Below are positions 1-17,988 of a stretch of DNA of 64,000 bases, piece by piece (position 1 is the first letter of the stretch; the number at the start of each line of letters is the position of its first letter). Origin of the DNA: Eledone cirrhosa (Eukaryota); contig OZ024755.1 in NCBI GenBank assembly GCA_964016885.1, forward strand, positions 15,500,001 through 15,564,000. The letters run 5' to 3'. The notes under the pieces are model-generated. The model was not told the origin of the DNA and ran no database searches. It saw nothing but the letters and a program-made list of their open reading frames with translations. The position numbers and the translations under genes were made by a program.

Positions 1-8
1 TATATATG

Positions 9-52
<44 letters not shown>

Positions 53-55
<3 letters not shown>

Positions 56-110
56 TACTGCGTGACGCCAGAAGTCACACGACCGTGACTTCTGGCGTCA
101 CGCAGTAATA
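53..110. repeat. Perfect 26-bp inverted repeat (hairpin) with 6-nt loop
   Basis: tattactgcgtgacgccagaagtcac (53-78), loop acgacc, then gtgacttctggcgtcacgcagtaata (85-110), its exact reverse complement. Confidence 0.95.
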
Positions 111-174
111 CAGGGTACCCGACCTCCTGTGGGTACATGCTGAAGCATATAAACAATATGCCCCCCCCCCCCCA

Positions 175-434
175 CCGCAAGGTGGTCGTGGAGGTGCCAC
201 GGCAAAAAAGCACCCAGCCCACACTGTAAAGTGGACGTGTAGGCGCCACGAAAAAGCACCCAGTACTCACTGTAAATGAGGTTGGTGTTAGGAAGGGCAT
301 CCAGCTGTAGAAATCAAGCCAGATCAGTTCCTGTATGAGCAAGGCATGGTCAGCCGACCAGACACTGCCCACAACAGGACAACCCGTCTAACCCATGCTA
401 GCGTGGAAGAACGGACGTAAAACGGTGATGATGA
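175..434 (+). mobile_element. 3' part of a SINE with RTE-LINE-like tail (octopod-type)
   Basis: Duplicated ggYgccacg..aaaagcacccag..cactgtaaa unit, then ggttggtgttaggaagggcatccagctgtagaaa. Ends aacccatgctagcgtggaagaacggacgtaaaa + (gat)n. This tail matches the 3' end of the RTE LINE at 19521-19563. Confidence 0.75.
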
Positions 435-519
435 TATATATATATACATATATATATATATACACATATATATATATATATATATATAAATATATATATA
501 CATATATATATATATATAA

Positions 520-550
<31 letters not shown>

Positions 551-667
551 AATATATATATACATATATATTTATATATAAATAAATATATATATACATA
601 TATATATATATATAAATAAATATATATATACATATATATATATATATGAATATATATATATTGATAC

Positions 668-780
668 AAAATGAAAACGAAATTTCATTTCTCACTCTTA
701 GTATGGCACTTACTTAAATGTAAGTATGCATGCATACGTACATACATATATGTATACAGACGTACAGTAGCATGCACATA
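668..780 (+). repeat. Unclassified dispersed repeat, copy 1
   Basis: aaatgaaaacgaaatttcatttctcactcttagtatggc...gacgtacagtag is homologous to the reverse complement of 26665-26778. Confidence 0.8.
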
Positions 781-822
781 TATATATATATATACATATA
801 TACATACATATGCATACAGGTA

Positions 823-1022
823 NNNNNNNNNNNNNNNNNNNNNNNNNNNNNNNNNNNNNNNNNNNNNNNNNNNNNNNNNNNNNNNNNNNNNNNNNNNNNN
901 NNNNNNNNNNNNNNNNNNNNNNNNNNNNNNNNNNNNNNNNNNNNNNNNNNNNNNNNNNNNNNNNNNNNNNNNNNNNNNNNNNNNNNNNNNNNNNNNNNNN
1001 NNNNNNNNNNNNNNNNNNNNNN
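823..1022. other. Assembly gap (200 N)
   Basis: Run of exactly 200 N, typical of a fixed-size scaffolding gap. Confidence 0.99.
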
Positions 1023-1030
1023 TATTTGGT

Positions 1031-1070
1031 TCCTTTTACGGGTTTCGCAGTTCTTCTGCTTTTCAAAAGG
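1031..1070 (-). ncRNA. Variant minimal hammerhead-ribozyme-like motif (probable Penelope pLTR fragment)
   Basis: Minus strand reads cctt-TTGAAAA-gcag(aagaa)ctgc-GAAAC-cc-GTA-aaagg: stem I, non-canonical core, 4-bp stem II, GAAA, UH site. Stem I register is off by one base. Confidence 0.45.
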
Positions 1071-1097
1071 TGAGTTGAGATGGAGGGTCTGTGGTTT

Positions 1098-3490
<2,393 letters not shown>

Positions 3491-3492
<2 letters not shown>

Positions 3493-4553
3493 AACTTTGA
3501 ATAACTTTGAAATGTTTTGGCCAGTATTGGCCCAGGCCATGTCTAACTTAATAGCACCACCTGGCGAAGTCTTTCAATTCAGGATTTGGGCACCATGGCC
3601 CATTCGAGAAGAGAATTACTGTTTGCGGAGACATATCCGGGTGTGGGTGGTTTGTCCGGGATTACTTGCAGGTATTTGTCCAAAGACTTCTTGAATTTTG
3701 TGTGGTCAGTTTCTGTTTTGACGTGTCCTGGTGTGATGTTGAAGAGAGCCAGGCCGATTGAGGCGAAATAATTGTGCTGTATTGTTGTTATGAGTTGCGA
3801 TTTAGATTTTTGAATGGGACGGATAGCACGGGGCCCAAGCCTTGGGTGTATCTTGAAGGCGATGCCAACATCATTTGGGCAGTGATGATGGAACATTTTC
3901 CACATCATGCAGATAATATAACGCTCACGGCGACGTTGGAGTGAGTAAAGTTTCAGGTTTTCTAATCGACCCCAGTAGTCAAGGTCTGACATGCCATCTA
4001 TCTTTTTCGTGATTGCCCTTTGAGGAGCTTCAATTTTCATGATACTTTGTTTCGTGTGGGGAGACCACAGTGGACAACAGTATTCAAGGTGTGGTCGGGC
4101 AAAAGTAGAGAAGAGAAGGATAATGGTGCGGGAATCTCTCGACTGGAAGGTTCTGAGGATCCAGGAACACATTCTGCGGGCCATGTCAACTTTGCTGCTT
4201 ATATGCGTGGTCCAGCTTATGTTGCTGTCCACGGTTACTCCCAAGTCTCTGATGTTGTTAGATGCCACGAGAGTTTCCCCGGAGGGAAGGGAGTACGGGA
4301 GTTTCAGAGCATCCTCTTTTCTAAAGTGGATCAGTTCGAATTTGTCTTCGTTCAGTAACATGTTGGTCTTTTCTGCCCATTGGGTAACAGCCAGTAGGTC
4401 TGACTGAAGGCTTATCCGGTCATCCACGCCATTGATGACCTTTTGGAGCTTGGAATCATCAGCGAAAATTTTAATGTTGCTGTGTTTGATGATGTCAGTG
4501 ATGTCATTAATATAGATGATGAAGAGAAGTGGGCCCAACACAGTGCCTTGTGG
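3491..4553 (-). mobile_element. 5'-truncated CR1/L2-group non-LTR retrotransposon (RT C-terminus, 3'UTR, tandem tail)
   Basis: ORF 3579-4541 (-) gives [61 protein letters not shown]. The 3' end has a small hairpin and a 2x ttcaaagtta tail. Flanked by (TA)n on both sides. Confidence 0.92.
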
Positions 4554-4592
<39 letters not shown>

Positions 4593-4786
4593 GATGTATA
4601 TATATATATATATAGATGTATATATATATATATATATATGTGTATATATATATATGTGTAATATATATATATGTGTATATATATATGTATGTATATATAT
4701 ATCATATGGGTATATATATATTATATATGTATATTTGTATATATATATGATATATATGTATATAATATATGTATATATATATATAG

Positions 4787-4850
<64 letters not shown>

Positions 4851-5020
4851 GTATGTGTATATATATATATATGTATATATATATATGTGTATATATATAT
4901 ATATGTGTATATATATATATATATGTAATATATATATATATGTCTATATATGTGTATATATATATATATATGTCTATATATATGTCTATATATATATATA
5001 TATGTCTATATATATATGTG

Positions 5021-5054
<34 letters not shown>

Positions 5055-5255
5055 TGTATATATATGTATATATGTATATATATATAGATGTATATATGTA
5101 TATATATGTATATATATATGTATATATATAGATGTGTATATATATATATAGATGTATATATATATATATGTATATATATGTATATATATATGTATATATA
5201 TAGATGTGTATATATATAGATATATATATATATACATATATATATATACATATGT

Positions 5256-5303
<48 letters not shown>

Positions 5304-5324
5304 GTATATATATATATGTATATA
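4554..5324. repeat. Imperfect (TA)n microsatellite
   Basis: Direct reading. Confidence 0.95.
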
Positions 5325-5565
5325 CTTTTGGTACGTCAAATTTATTTATAAAACTACTTATATATTGTATTTTATCTGAAGGAGGTATGCCATATTTTTA
5401 ATATGGTATCCCTGAAATATGTATAATGAAATAAATAAGGTTTTATAAATATAGTTTCCATTTGTTTAATATCGTATATCTACTCCAAAACTTGTTGAGT
5501 GCTTTATATCAGTTATAAAATATTTACTCGTTGTAACCCAACAATATTAAATAAAACTTTCGCAT
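5325..5565 (+). mobile_element. AT-rich pLTR-like island with degenerate hammerhead-like motif, copy 1
   Basis: tat-CTGAAGGA-ggtatgccatatt(ttt)aatatggtatcc-ct-GAAA-tatgta, followed by aataaa. 5411-5565 is duplicated at 5979-6137. Confidence 0.5.
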
Positions 5566-5573
5566 ATATAAAC

Positions 5574-5620
<47 letters not shown>

Positions 5621-5978
5621 AACACATATATATATATAAATATATATATATACATATATAAACATATATATACATATATATATATATAAACATATATATA
5701 TATAAACATATATATATATAAACATATATATATATATAACATATATATATATAAACATATATATATATAAACATATATATATATAAACATATATATATAT
5801 AAACATATATAAATATAAACATATATAAATATAAACATATATATATATAAACATATATATATATAAACATATATATATATAAACATATATAAATATAAAC
5901 ATATATAAATATAAACATATATATATATATAAACATATATAATAAACATATATATATATATAAACATATATATATATA

Positions 5979-6137
5979 CCCCGAAATATATATAATGAAA
6001 TAAATATGGTTTTATAAATATAGTTTTCCATTTATTTAATATTGTAAATATACTCCAAATATTTGTCGAGTGCTTTTATATCAGTTATAAATATTTACTA
6101 GTTGTAACCCAACAATTTTAAATATAACTTTACATGT
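5979..6137 (+). repeat. Diverged direct copy of 5411-5565, starting just before the GAAA motif
   Basis: ccgaaatatatataatgaaataaat.ggttttataaatatagtt..tactcca..gagtgcttt..tcagttataaa..gttgtaacccaacaat aligns with copy 1. Confidence 0.85.
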
Positions 6138-7120
<983 letters not shown>

Positions 7121-7792
7121 CTCAAATATTACATATTTTCTTGCATAAGTAGCGGGGGGATTTGGTACAGAAGTTAAAACCTCACATAAGACGCTTCGGT
7201 ATTTGTACCGGCTATCTGTGTTCTGAGTTCAAATCCCTTCTCCTATAACTGGAAGCACGGCTGCCCTTCTCTCAAGGAGATGCAACAAGTAGGAAATAAA
7301 AGCAATAGAAAGTGCACGCAGAATCAAATATATCCTAGTTTCGTTGCTGCAACCTGTAGATCGATTCATTTCCTTCTCATATAACTATCTACTATTTCTT
7401 GTTATTTTGATATTATATGTGCAAACATAATCTACAATTACATCACCGGTTGCAAGGAGCTAAATTACTATTAACAGTGAGCAGGCAGGAGCAATCCTAA
7501 ACAAAATGTATATATGCATCATTTCATGACAATCTGACGAGCAGGGATATGCATATATACATAGATCTATATGCATGTGTGTGTATATATATATATATAT
7601 ATTGTTATATTAATATAAAGAAAAACTGCAGCCAGTATGAATAATAAAATCTTTCCCGTGTTGTTGTTTTTTTTTGGGGGGGGGGGGGCGTTTCTAAGAG
7701 GTTTCTGCAGTATTAAAGCAGATCTGTTGAAAAGTGTAATCTTATACATCTGTGTATCGGGCATGCGAATATATCTTCCAATGCACGACTCA

Positions 7793-7831
<39 letters not shown>

Positions 7832-8545
7832 CTCAGAATCAGATTGTGACCTTCGAAATTTCCTCTTCCATAAATTGCTTCCAACTGTGTTAAACCAAGG
7901 GTCGAAGATGTCAAGAAACAGTCATGGCACTGACTCCTTTTGTCAGATAGTCTTTGTCAGACATAATAGCTTCTGACAGTTTTGTAGCCAAATCGGTAAT
8001 TTGCTTAATGATTTCCCGCCAAAATATTATATTCCCATGCTCGATGCGTTCTTTGTTTAATATATATATATATATATATTTGTATCATATCAGTTAGGTT
8101 TTCGGAGGCGATATGTCAGGTGGCAAGCACACGACCATACAGCACGTTAACTGTTTATCAGAATAAATGCATCTAATTCGATTACATTTCTTTGATTCTG
8201 TAAGTTCGTCTATCGGGGTTGTTTGCTTACGTATGTAAATTGTCAATTTTCCCATTTCTGTAGATTAGTCATCGGAGATATATATATATTATATACGAAA
8301 TTCAAAAATGCCATGGATATTATATGTGTGCGTCTGCGTATGTGCATATATATCTGTGTGTATATGTGCATATAGAGAGAGAGAGTATGTATGCATACGT
8401 ACATACATAATTACATACATACATGCTCAACTACGCCATTATATATATATAGTGGTGGAACACTGGAAGGTAATATCCGTAGTGGTAGAGCACTCAGTCC
8501 ATGGGACGAGTTAGGTAGAAGTGGTTACACAACAGTTAGTTCACC

Positions 8546-8603
8546 ATAACGAGAACAATTGTTTCACCTTAGCGGATCCTCAGCTCGGAATGGGAATGGT
8601 TAT
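8546..8603 (-). ncRNA. Type I hammerhead ribozyme in Penelope pLTR
   Basis: Minus strand reads ataa..cgag-CTGAGGA-tcc(gctaa)ggt-GAAA-caattg-TT-ctcg-ttat: intact core, palindromic stem III (acaattgt), stem I cgag/ctcg extended by ataa/ttat past an internal loop. Confidence 0.78.
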
Positions 8604-8629
8604 AGGAACAAGAAGGACAACCGTACGAA

Positions 8630-8641
8630 CGCGCATGCGCA
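8630..8641. promoter_or_regulatory. NRF1/Ewg-type palindrome in pLTR (candidate element promoter)
   Basis: cgcgcatgcgca matches YGCGCAYGCGCR and lies just upstream of the hammerhead on the minus strand. Confidence 0.4.
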
Positions 8642-8750
8642 GAAAATCGGCCACTTCACACAGGCAACACTAGACTGCCTGCGAGAGGTGTAAGGGAGAT
8701 AACTGCGAAAGTCCGAAAAGTTTTTAGGTTGAAAATCAAATTACGAAGAA

Positions 8751-9510
8751 TCAGTCCGGAGCCTTGCAGTTATGCAATAGGTGTTTGGCGACGTGTGGAC
8801 AACGTGTGAAAAATTCATTTCTCGTGTTTAGGCAATCACTATTGCGTAATCTCTTTAGAATAGTTATTCGTTTGTCAATACATAAGCCACACGTCGGATT
8901 TCCCCTTGCGTATGGCTTGGACTTAGTGATGGCTTTCCATTGAATGGAGTAGTCTATACTTGAGTCCTTGAGGGACCATAGGTGGCTCGCGAGTTTCGTG
9001 GATGAACGTCTGTTCGGGTACCTGAAGGTAGACTGGTGGCTCAGGAAACGTTCCTTAAATCGGTCCTCCGCCATGTCCACATAGGATTTGACCTCCTGTG
9101 GTTTGTTTGGTCGGTTGGAAGTGACCACAGCTTCATAAATTGCAGCTGGTGTGTTGTATTGCTGTTGAAGGGGGCAAGCTTCAGGCTTACGGCAAGAGCA
9201 CCCTGGTGGGGTGTTGCTCCTAGGGCTGCTGGTGATGTAGGTCTTCATGTTCTTAGCGCAGGAGTATCCTAGTTTTAATTTGTGTCGGTTAAAGATGGAG
9301 CGGTATTTATGACCTATGGGAAAGTGTCTATCTAAGAGGGCTAGAGATTTTTTTCCTACATTGGTTTTAACGTTGAGTGAAAAGGGAGGAGAGAATCAGA
9401 TAGTTTGTCTATTGTTGCGTATACTTTTCTTAATGTTGCTAGTGGGAGAATAAGTGATAGGTTGTGAGAAGCCGCTGTTAGCCGTGTTATAGTAGGGTGC
9501 CGCCGTGTAT
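8751..9510 (-). pseudogene. Penelope-like RT-thumb/linker/GIY-YIG remnant
   Basis: ORF 8751-9248 plus upstream in-frame sequence interrupted by a TGA at 9396-9398, a position I expect to be Trp. Confidence 0.85.
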
Positions 9511-9753
9511 TAGAGGAGAGGTTTGAGATTCTAGTACTGATATTCTTAACGTAGTTTCTAACTGTTGTGTAACCACTTCTATATAGATATATATAGATAT
9601 ATATATATATATATAATATATAATATTATATATATATATACTGTGTATGTATGTATGCATGTATGTGTCTATGTATATATGTATGTTTATATGTGTGTGT
9701 GTGCGTGTGTATGTTAAAATGTATGTATGGATATATGTATATATACATATTGG

Positions 9754-9815
<62 letters not shown>

Positions 9816-10458
9816 TATATAGATATATATATATATCGCTACAGAAGCAGCAGCCAATCTTATGTTAATGTAAAACAACTGATATACAATATATATGAAG
9901 ACACTGCAGCAATGACACCAGACCAACGATAGATAATCTCAGTCATTCTGGCAATTCTATTCACACTCGATTTAACAATAAATAAGATTTTGTTATTAAT
10001 TTAGTTACCTTTATGACAGTTACCAATGCTGTAACACATTTTATTAAATAAATATCTAATTCCTAGAAGAGATGTAGTGTTCATTACCCTAGCAAGAATG
10101 TCTAGACATTTAACAGGCCATACAAGTTGATGTTCAGAATGGATGTTTACAGACAGATGCTTAGAAAATGATAACACGCCGATGTATATATACTACATAG
10201 AATATAAACTGTATGATTCGAGGAAAACGTATAATCGTTTTTCTCCACTATTAATCACCTACTGCAAGCCTTGCTTATCAAATTTACACCTCTGCTTCTA
10301 ATTTTGCCAGCATCTTATTAATAATCAACTAGTTATTTTCGTGTCTCTGGGTTTTGCCCACACCCTTCGTCGAGTTTCTATAAAAATATAAATGCCAACG
10401 CTCATATCGGTTATCTGCTCTTTTTGACCACTGACTAAAGAGGTGTCATTTTGTGCTA

Positions 10459-10536
10459 TACAGTGGAACCTCGGTTCACAAGTTTAATTCTTTCCTGAAG
10501 GCCGTTCGTCAACCGAAATGTTCGTAATCCGAACCA
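10459..10536 (+). mobile_element. Solo pogo/Tigger-like DNA transposon terminus
   Basis: TA|cagtggaacctcggtt..ttaatt..ttcc..gttcg..aaccgaaatgttcg resembles Tigger TIR and subterminal repeats; no partner TIR found. Confidence 0.6.
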
Positions 10537-11188
10537 GTGTGTGTATGTATTTTTATGTGTATGTGTACATACATACATTATATACTAAATGTATTTTCTT
10601 CGTCACATATTATTCCACTTAAAAATGAAACAATATGTGACGAAGTAGGTTAGATTTTTGGAGACAAAAACAAACATGTATTCTTGCATTTCAAAGGCTG
10701 AATGCTTCCACAAGAGACGGTACAATTTCTTTTTCTTTACCAGGAAGGTAACCAGCCAAAAATAAACTCAAAATTAAGAGAGAGATCATAATACACACAT
10801 ACATAAATAAATACGCATGTGTGTGTGAGATATGAAAGAAAAGGTATGGGATATGAAATATGTTCATAGACATGTACATTTTTCTGCTATCGAACATTTT
10901 TCTATTATTCTTATGTTGTTAATATGCCTGAGAGATGTCATTTTCTTTCTTTCTACATTCCAAGTTTTATAGCAACACATGGTGTAATGTTTATGAGCTC
11001 CGTTATTGCTTTTATGCTTCGTATTGTTATATTATCTATTATCAGATCTATGTCTGAGTGACACTATTTACCTCCCATAATGTTACTGCTGCCTGCATGT
11101 TCTTTAGTTTATGATAAATATGACGACTACGGCCATGATGAAAATCACTAACAATATATAGAAAGAGGCTAAGGCTCTCTCTCTTCCT

Positions 11189-13570
<2,382 letters not shown>

Positions 13571-14721
13571 CATATGAACATAGATTCACTGATATGTAAA
13601 TGTACGCATATATGTAGAGAGTGTGAGTGGAAGATCTAGCTAGATTATATATATTATATATATGTGTATCTATATATACATAATTGTGTCTGTGTGTACA
13701 TCTGTGCCATTAATGTATATTTGTACACGAATACTTTCATCCCGATGTAGACACATGCAACCATCATACCAGATTCCAAGACATACACCAATACAATATT
13801 TACAAATATAATGATTAAACTATAATATTTGATATGTATAAATAAACTGCTTTATTTCATGATAAATTGTTCGTTTAATCTATTCAAATGTACTTTGTCT
13901 TTCTCGAAATAAATCTTAGATCCGTGGGGAATCGACTATAAACATATAGCTATACGAATGTCTTCGTAAGCTCGTCAGGGATTTAATTCTATAGATGCTA
14001 CTATAACTTATCTTTTCAATAAATCAAACTTAAATCTTGCCGAGCCTGTCAAATAATATAAGTGGCTTTGTTACTTTTGAAAAAAATTTTCATTTTCAGA
14101 AAAAAATGTCGACTTGAAATGAAAATTAAATGTTAAATGCCTACAGTTATGTTTTTAATTAACTCACTTTATGAGAAACAATAAACTTAGCTTGTGCCGT
14201 GTAAGAAATATAAACCATGAAATCTTAGAATGTAATTTATTTCTAGTTTTAATTATTTTTAATGAAAATTCAGCAATTTTGATTTCTTTCAGTTGTAAAC
14301 TAGAAGATTGGAATTTTTTTATTATACGTTCTTGCTATTTTAACTTTTGTTTTTACATAAATTAGATATAGTCGGATCTAATTCTGATAACATCATCATA
14401 TACAAAAACAGCATATACAAGAATGAAATATAATTATAATACAAGAACAACAACAATATCGTGCTCACAGACCACACACACAAAACAGACAAGGGAGTGG
14501 GGGGGGGGGGATAACAGGAAACAGATGGTCATAAAAATGCAATATTTCTCAATTGTAACATAATATTTTATGCAGTGCCTTAATTATCTTGTATTGTTAT
14601 GTAGCTATTATTTCAGGTTGTGTTTTTTTATGTCTCTCTCGTTCTATGTGTATGATAGTTTTATGTTTCGAGTTCCTAGATTTCTCATAGTTTAAAACCC
14701 GTCTCACTCTCCCTGTGATTG

Positions 14722-14723
<2 letters not shown>

Positions 14724-14777
<54 letters not shown>

Positions 14778-15396
14778 ATGTATATATATATATATATGCA
14801 TACATATATATGTATATATGTATACATATATATATACATACATATATATGTATATATGTATACATATATATATACATACATATATATGTATATATGTATA
14901 CATATATATATACATACATATATATATGTATGTATATATATATGTATATATATATATGTGTATATATATATATGTAAATATATATACATATATATATATT
15001 ACATACATATATATATGTATGTATATATATATGTATATATATATATATACATATATATATGTATATATATATATATATATGTCTGTATATATATATATGT
15101 ATATATATATACATATATATATGTATATATATATATGTCTGTATATATATATATGTATATATATATACATATATATGTATGTATGTATATATATATATAT
15201 GTATATATATATACATATATATGTATGTATGTATATATATATATATATATGTATATAATATATATATATATATATATACTATATATGTATGTATGTATAT
15301 ATATATATGTATATATATATACATATATATGTATGTATGTATATATATATATATGTATATATATATATGTATATAATATATACATATATATATGTC

Positions 15397-15450
<54 letters not shown>

Positions 15451-15464
15451 CATATATATATGTC

Positions 15465-15495
<31 letters not shown>

Positions 15496-15496
15496 G

Positions 15497-15573
<77 letters not shown>

Positions 15574-15646
15574 GTTTGAATATATATATATATACATATA
15601 TATATATGTCTTTATATATATATATGTATACATATATATATGTTTG

Positions 15647-15677
<31 letters not shown>

Positions 15678-15682
15678 GTCTT

Positions 15683-15727
<45 letters not shown>

Positions 15728-15732
15728 GTCTT

Positions 15733-15764
<32 letters not shown>

Positions 15765-15770
15765 TGTCTT

Positions 15771-15822
<52 letters not shown>

Positions 15823-15841
15823 CATATATATATATATATAT

Positions 15842-15917
<76 letters not shown>

Positions 15918-16130
15918 AAATATTATGTGTGTGAGTTATATATCAAATATATATGTATATGTACGTATATATATGTCTGTCGATATATATGTATATATAT
16001 ATATTTATATGTATGTATTTATACATATATATGTGGGCGGGGGGGTGGTATATATATTCGTGTATATATATTTGTGTATATATATATATTAGTTTAAATA
16101 GAGCATCTACTGCATATATATATATATATA
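14724..16130. repeat. Imperfect (TA)n array (tgtct/tgtttgaa interruptions)
   Basis: Direct reading. Confidence 0.95.
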
Positions 16131-16796
16131 GCGAGTGAGAGAGAGGTGAGTGTATGTATGTATGTATGTACATACTCTTGCTGAGTCATTTGACTAAACT
16201 ATATTATTGTTGATCATATTCTGTCTTCTGGAGATACAACCTTGGTACAGTGTTGATGACTAAACCCCGTTAAGATTTACATATTACAGTTCCCTATGTA
16301 ATGTCATGCTTCTGTAACTATCAATATGTTGGATTATGGTTATTTCTATTTACAGAACCAATCGAACAGCTATCATTACACAGATCTCTCTACGATTAAA
16401 AACATTCCCTCACTGACAATCTCGTCTTTTAAATTCCTAGGCTAAATACAAATAGGGACACATTATGAAACATATCCTTTTTTTCAAAGCGATGGGCGTG
16501 TGATTGCTGCTACTTACAGCATGTCAAGCGGTCGCAAATTATATCTTTTTTGGTAACACGAATTATTGTTATATTAACCATATCGTTACCATATGTCAAA
16601 TGACATACACTGCCTATTTCTTTCAATTAACTGAGAAAATAATCCAGTATTTTTAGTACTATAAGAAAGATTTAGTAATTAGTCTGGTGTTCGGTACATA
16701 ACTTAGCAAATGTTCTTATATAAATTAATGCTGGAAGGTTTTTTGATAAATATGAACGCTTTAAATCAAGCAAGTTTATATAATAATGATCGCTTC

Positions 16797-16961
16797 GACG
16801 AGCTTACATGCAGTTTCCGTCAACCACATTTCAATAACAATGCATCGCTTAACCTGAGTATGTGATAGAAGACAATTGTCTAAGATGCCAGACTACGTGA
16901 ACAAATTCGAAATCACCTCAGAAGCAAATTTCTTAATCATATATCCATACCTGTGCCCTAC
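16797..16961 (-). mobile_element. Old tRNA/CORE-like SINE (family 2)
   Basis: cgacg.gctt..cagtttccgtc.acca..tagaagaca.ttg.c.aag.tgcca..agcaa..ttctta..ca. Similar copies at about 41598-41719 and 62200-62355. Confidence 0.6.
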
Positions 16962-17844
16962 AGCCATGTATGTAAAGTAGTTAAAATAATTGATGTGACA
17001 TATGCTATGAGCAAAAGATTTGCGTCAACGAGTGTGGAAAGATAAGACAGACTATAATTAGGTTTAAATGTGATGAAGAAATATTTTCACTAAATGTATT
17101 CAAGATAAAATCGGTTATTGATTTTCCCTTATTATACAGTAGTCAAAGTAATTGATTCTTGTTTCTAAATGTTTCGCATCTATTTTTATTGTTCATTAAA
17201 AAAACAACCTAAATGAAAAAACTCCTACATTTTCTATACGTAAAGAATTTTTAAAGAATTATTTCTAACCATTATTGCTATCAGAAATCCTCCCCGAAGG
17301 CGTTGTTTCTGCTAGCTATATAATGTTCGACGTTTTAAGCGTAGATATGGTTTCGACAACTAAGAACAACGGATGAAATTCGGATCTGTACCACTTTTCG
17401 AGTAAATTATATTTTAGTAATTCAAAAAAAAAAAAAAATGAACACAAAATCTATTAAATTAACTTTATATTTATCATTTATTTCTTGGTACCAAGATTTC
17501 TGTCAAACAGTTTGCTACCCGTTTCCTGAGAGAATTCCACTGTAACTCACACATGGATTTTTTATCGTCTCACGGATACTCCGTAGCCTCGATTCTAAGA
17601 CACAGCTTTGTAGCAAATCGCTAATATTCAAACGGTGTAAACCGTATGCGTAATGTGCAAACGATACGAACTCGCACAATTGTATTTAATTAGAATTGTA
17701 TTCAATGATCGCATAATTCCTTATGGAAGGGTAGGTACATTGTGGTAGGTATTTTGAACTTGGCTGCGTCTATCTCTCTCTAAGTTCACACACCGTCGAA
17801 TTCTTCAAGAGAAATAACGAGAGAGTGAGAACTCTAATATGGGG

Positions 17845-17988
17845 TTGCTTCTTTTTTTTTATGAAAGCCCGACAGAATAGAAGGCAAAGTTGGCCACGTC
17901 AGGATTTAATCTCACAGCTGAGATAGTCTAAATGAATGCTGCAAAATATTTTATCAGACACTTGAATATCTTTGTCAATTTGGCGCCT
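17845..17988 (-). mobile_element. Degenerate family-1 SINE
   Basis: gaaggcaaagttg.cc..g.caggattt.a.ctca resembles the family-1 core and B box, reversed. Confidence 0.5.

Larger units (their letters stand above)
8516..9581 (-). mobile_element. 5'-truncated Penelope-like element, Naiad-type (linker + GIY-YIG endonuclease + pLTR), with 24-bp inverted ends
   Basis: Minus strand encodes I*FSPPFSLNVKTNVGKK..LLDRHFP..IFNRHKLKLGYSC..CSCRKPEACPL (CxCx5C)..IYEA..SYV..FKERFLSH..STKLASHLWSLK..CGLC..LNTRNE..CPH. tagaagtggttacacaacagttag (8516-8539) is inverted at 9558-9581. Confidence 0.88.

Noticed and set aside
9396-9398. In-frame TGA in the Naiad-type element as selenocysteine
   Set aside because: It falls at a position expected to be Trp (I-W-F-x-P-P), so it is probably a TGG>TGA mutation. 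The visible Cys codons are TGY and I see no SECIS core downstream.
9934-9958. taatctcag...ctggcaattct resembling miR-216
   Set aside because: 5-nt insertion relative to the mature sequence and no complementary arm for a pre-miRNA.
14658-14698. Possible hammerhead on the minus strand (ctatga..ctc-gaaac-ata)
   Set aside because: Core is incomplete and stems I and III are unconvincing.
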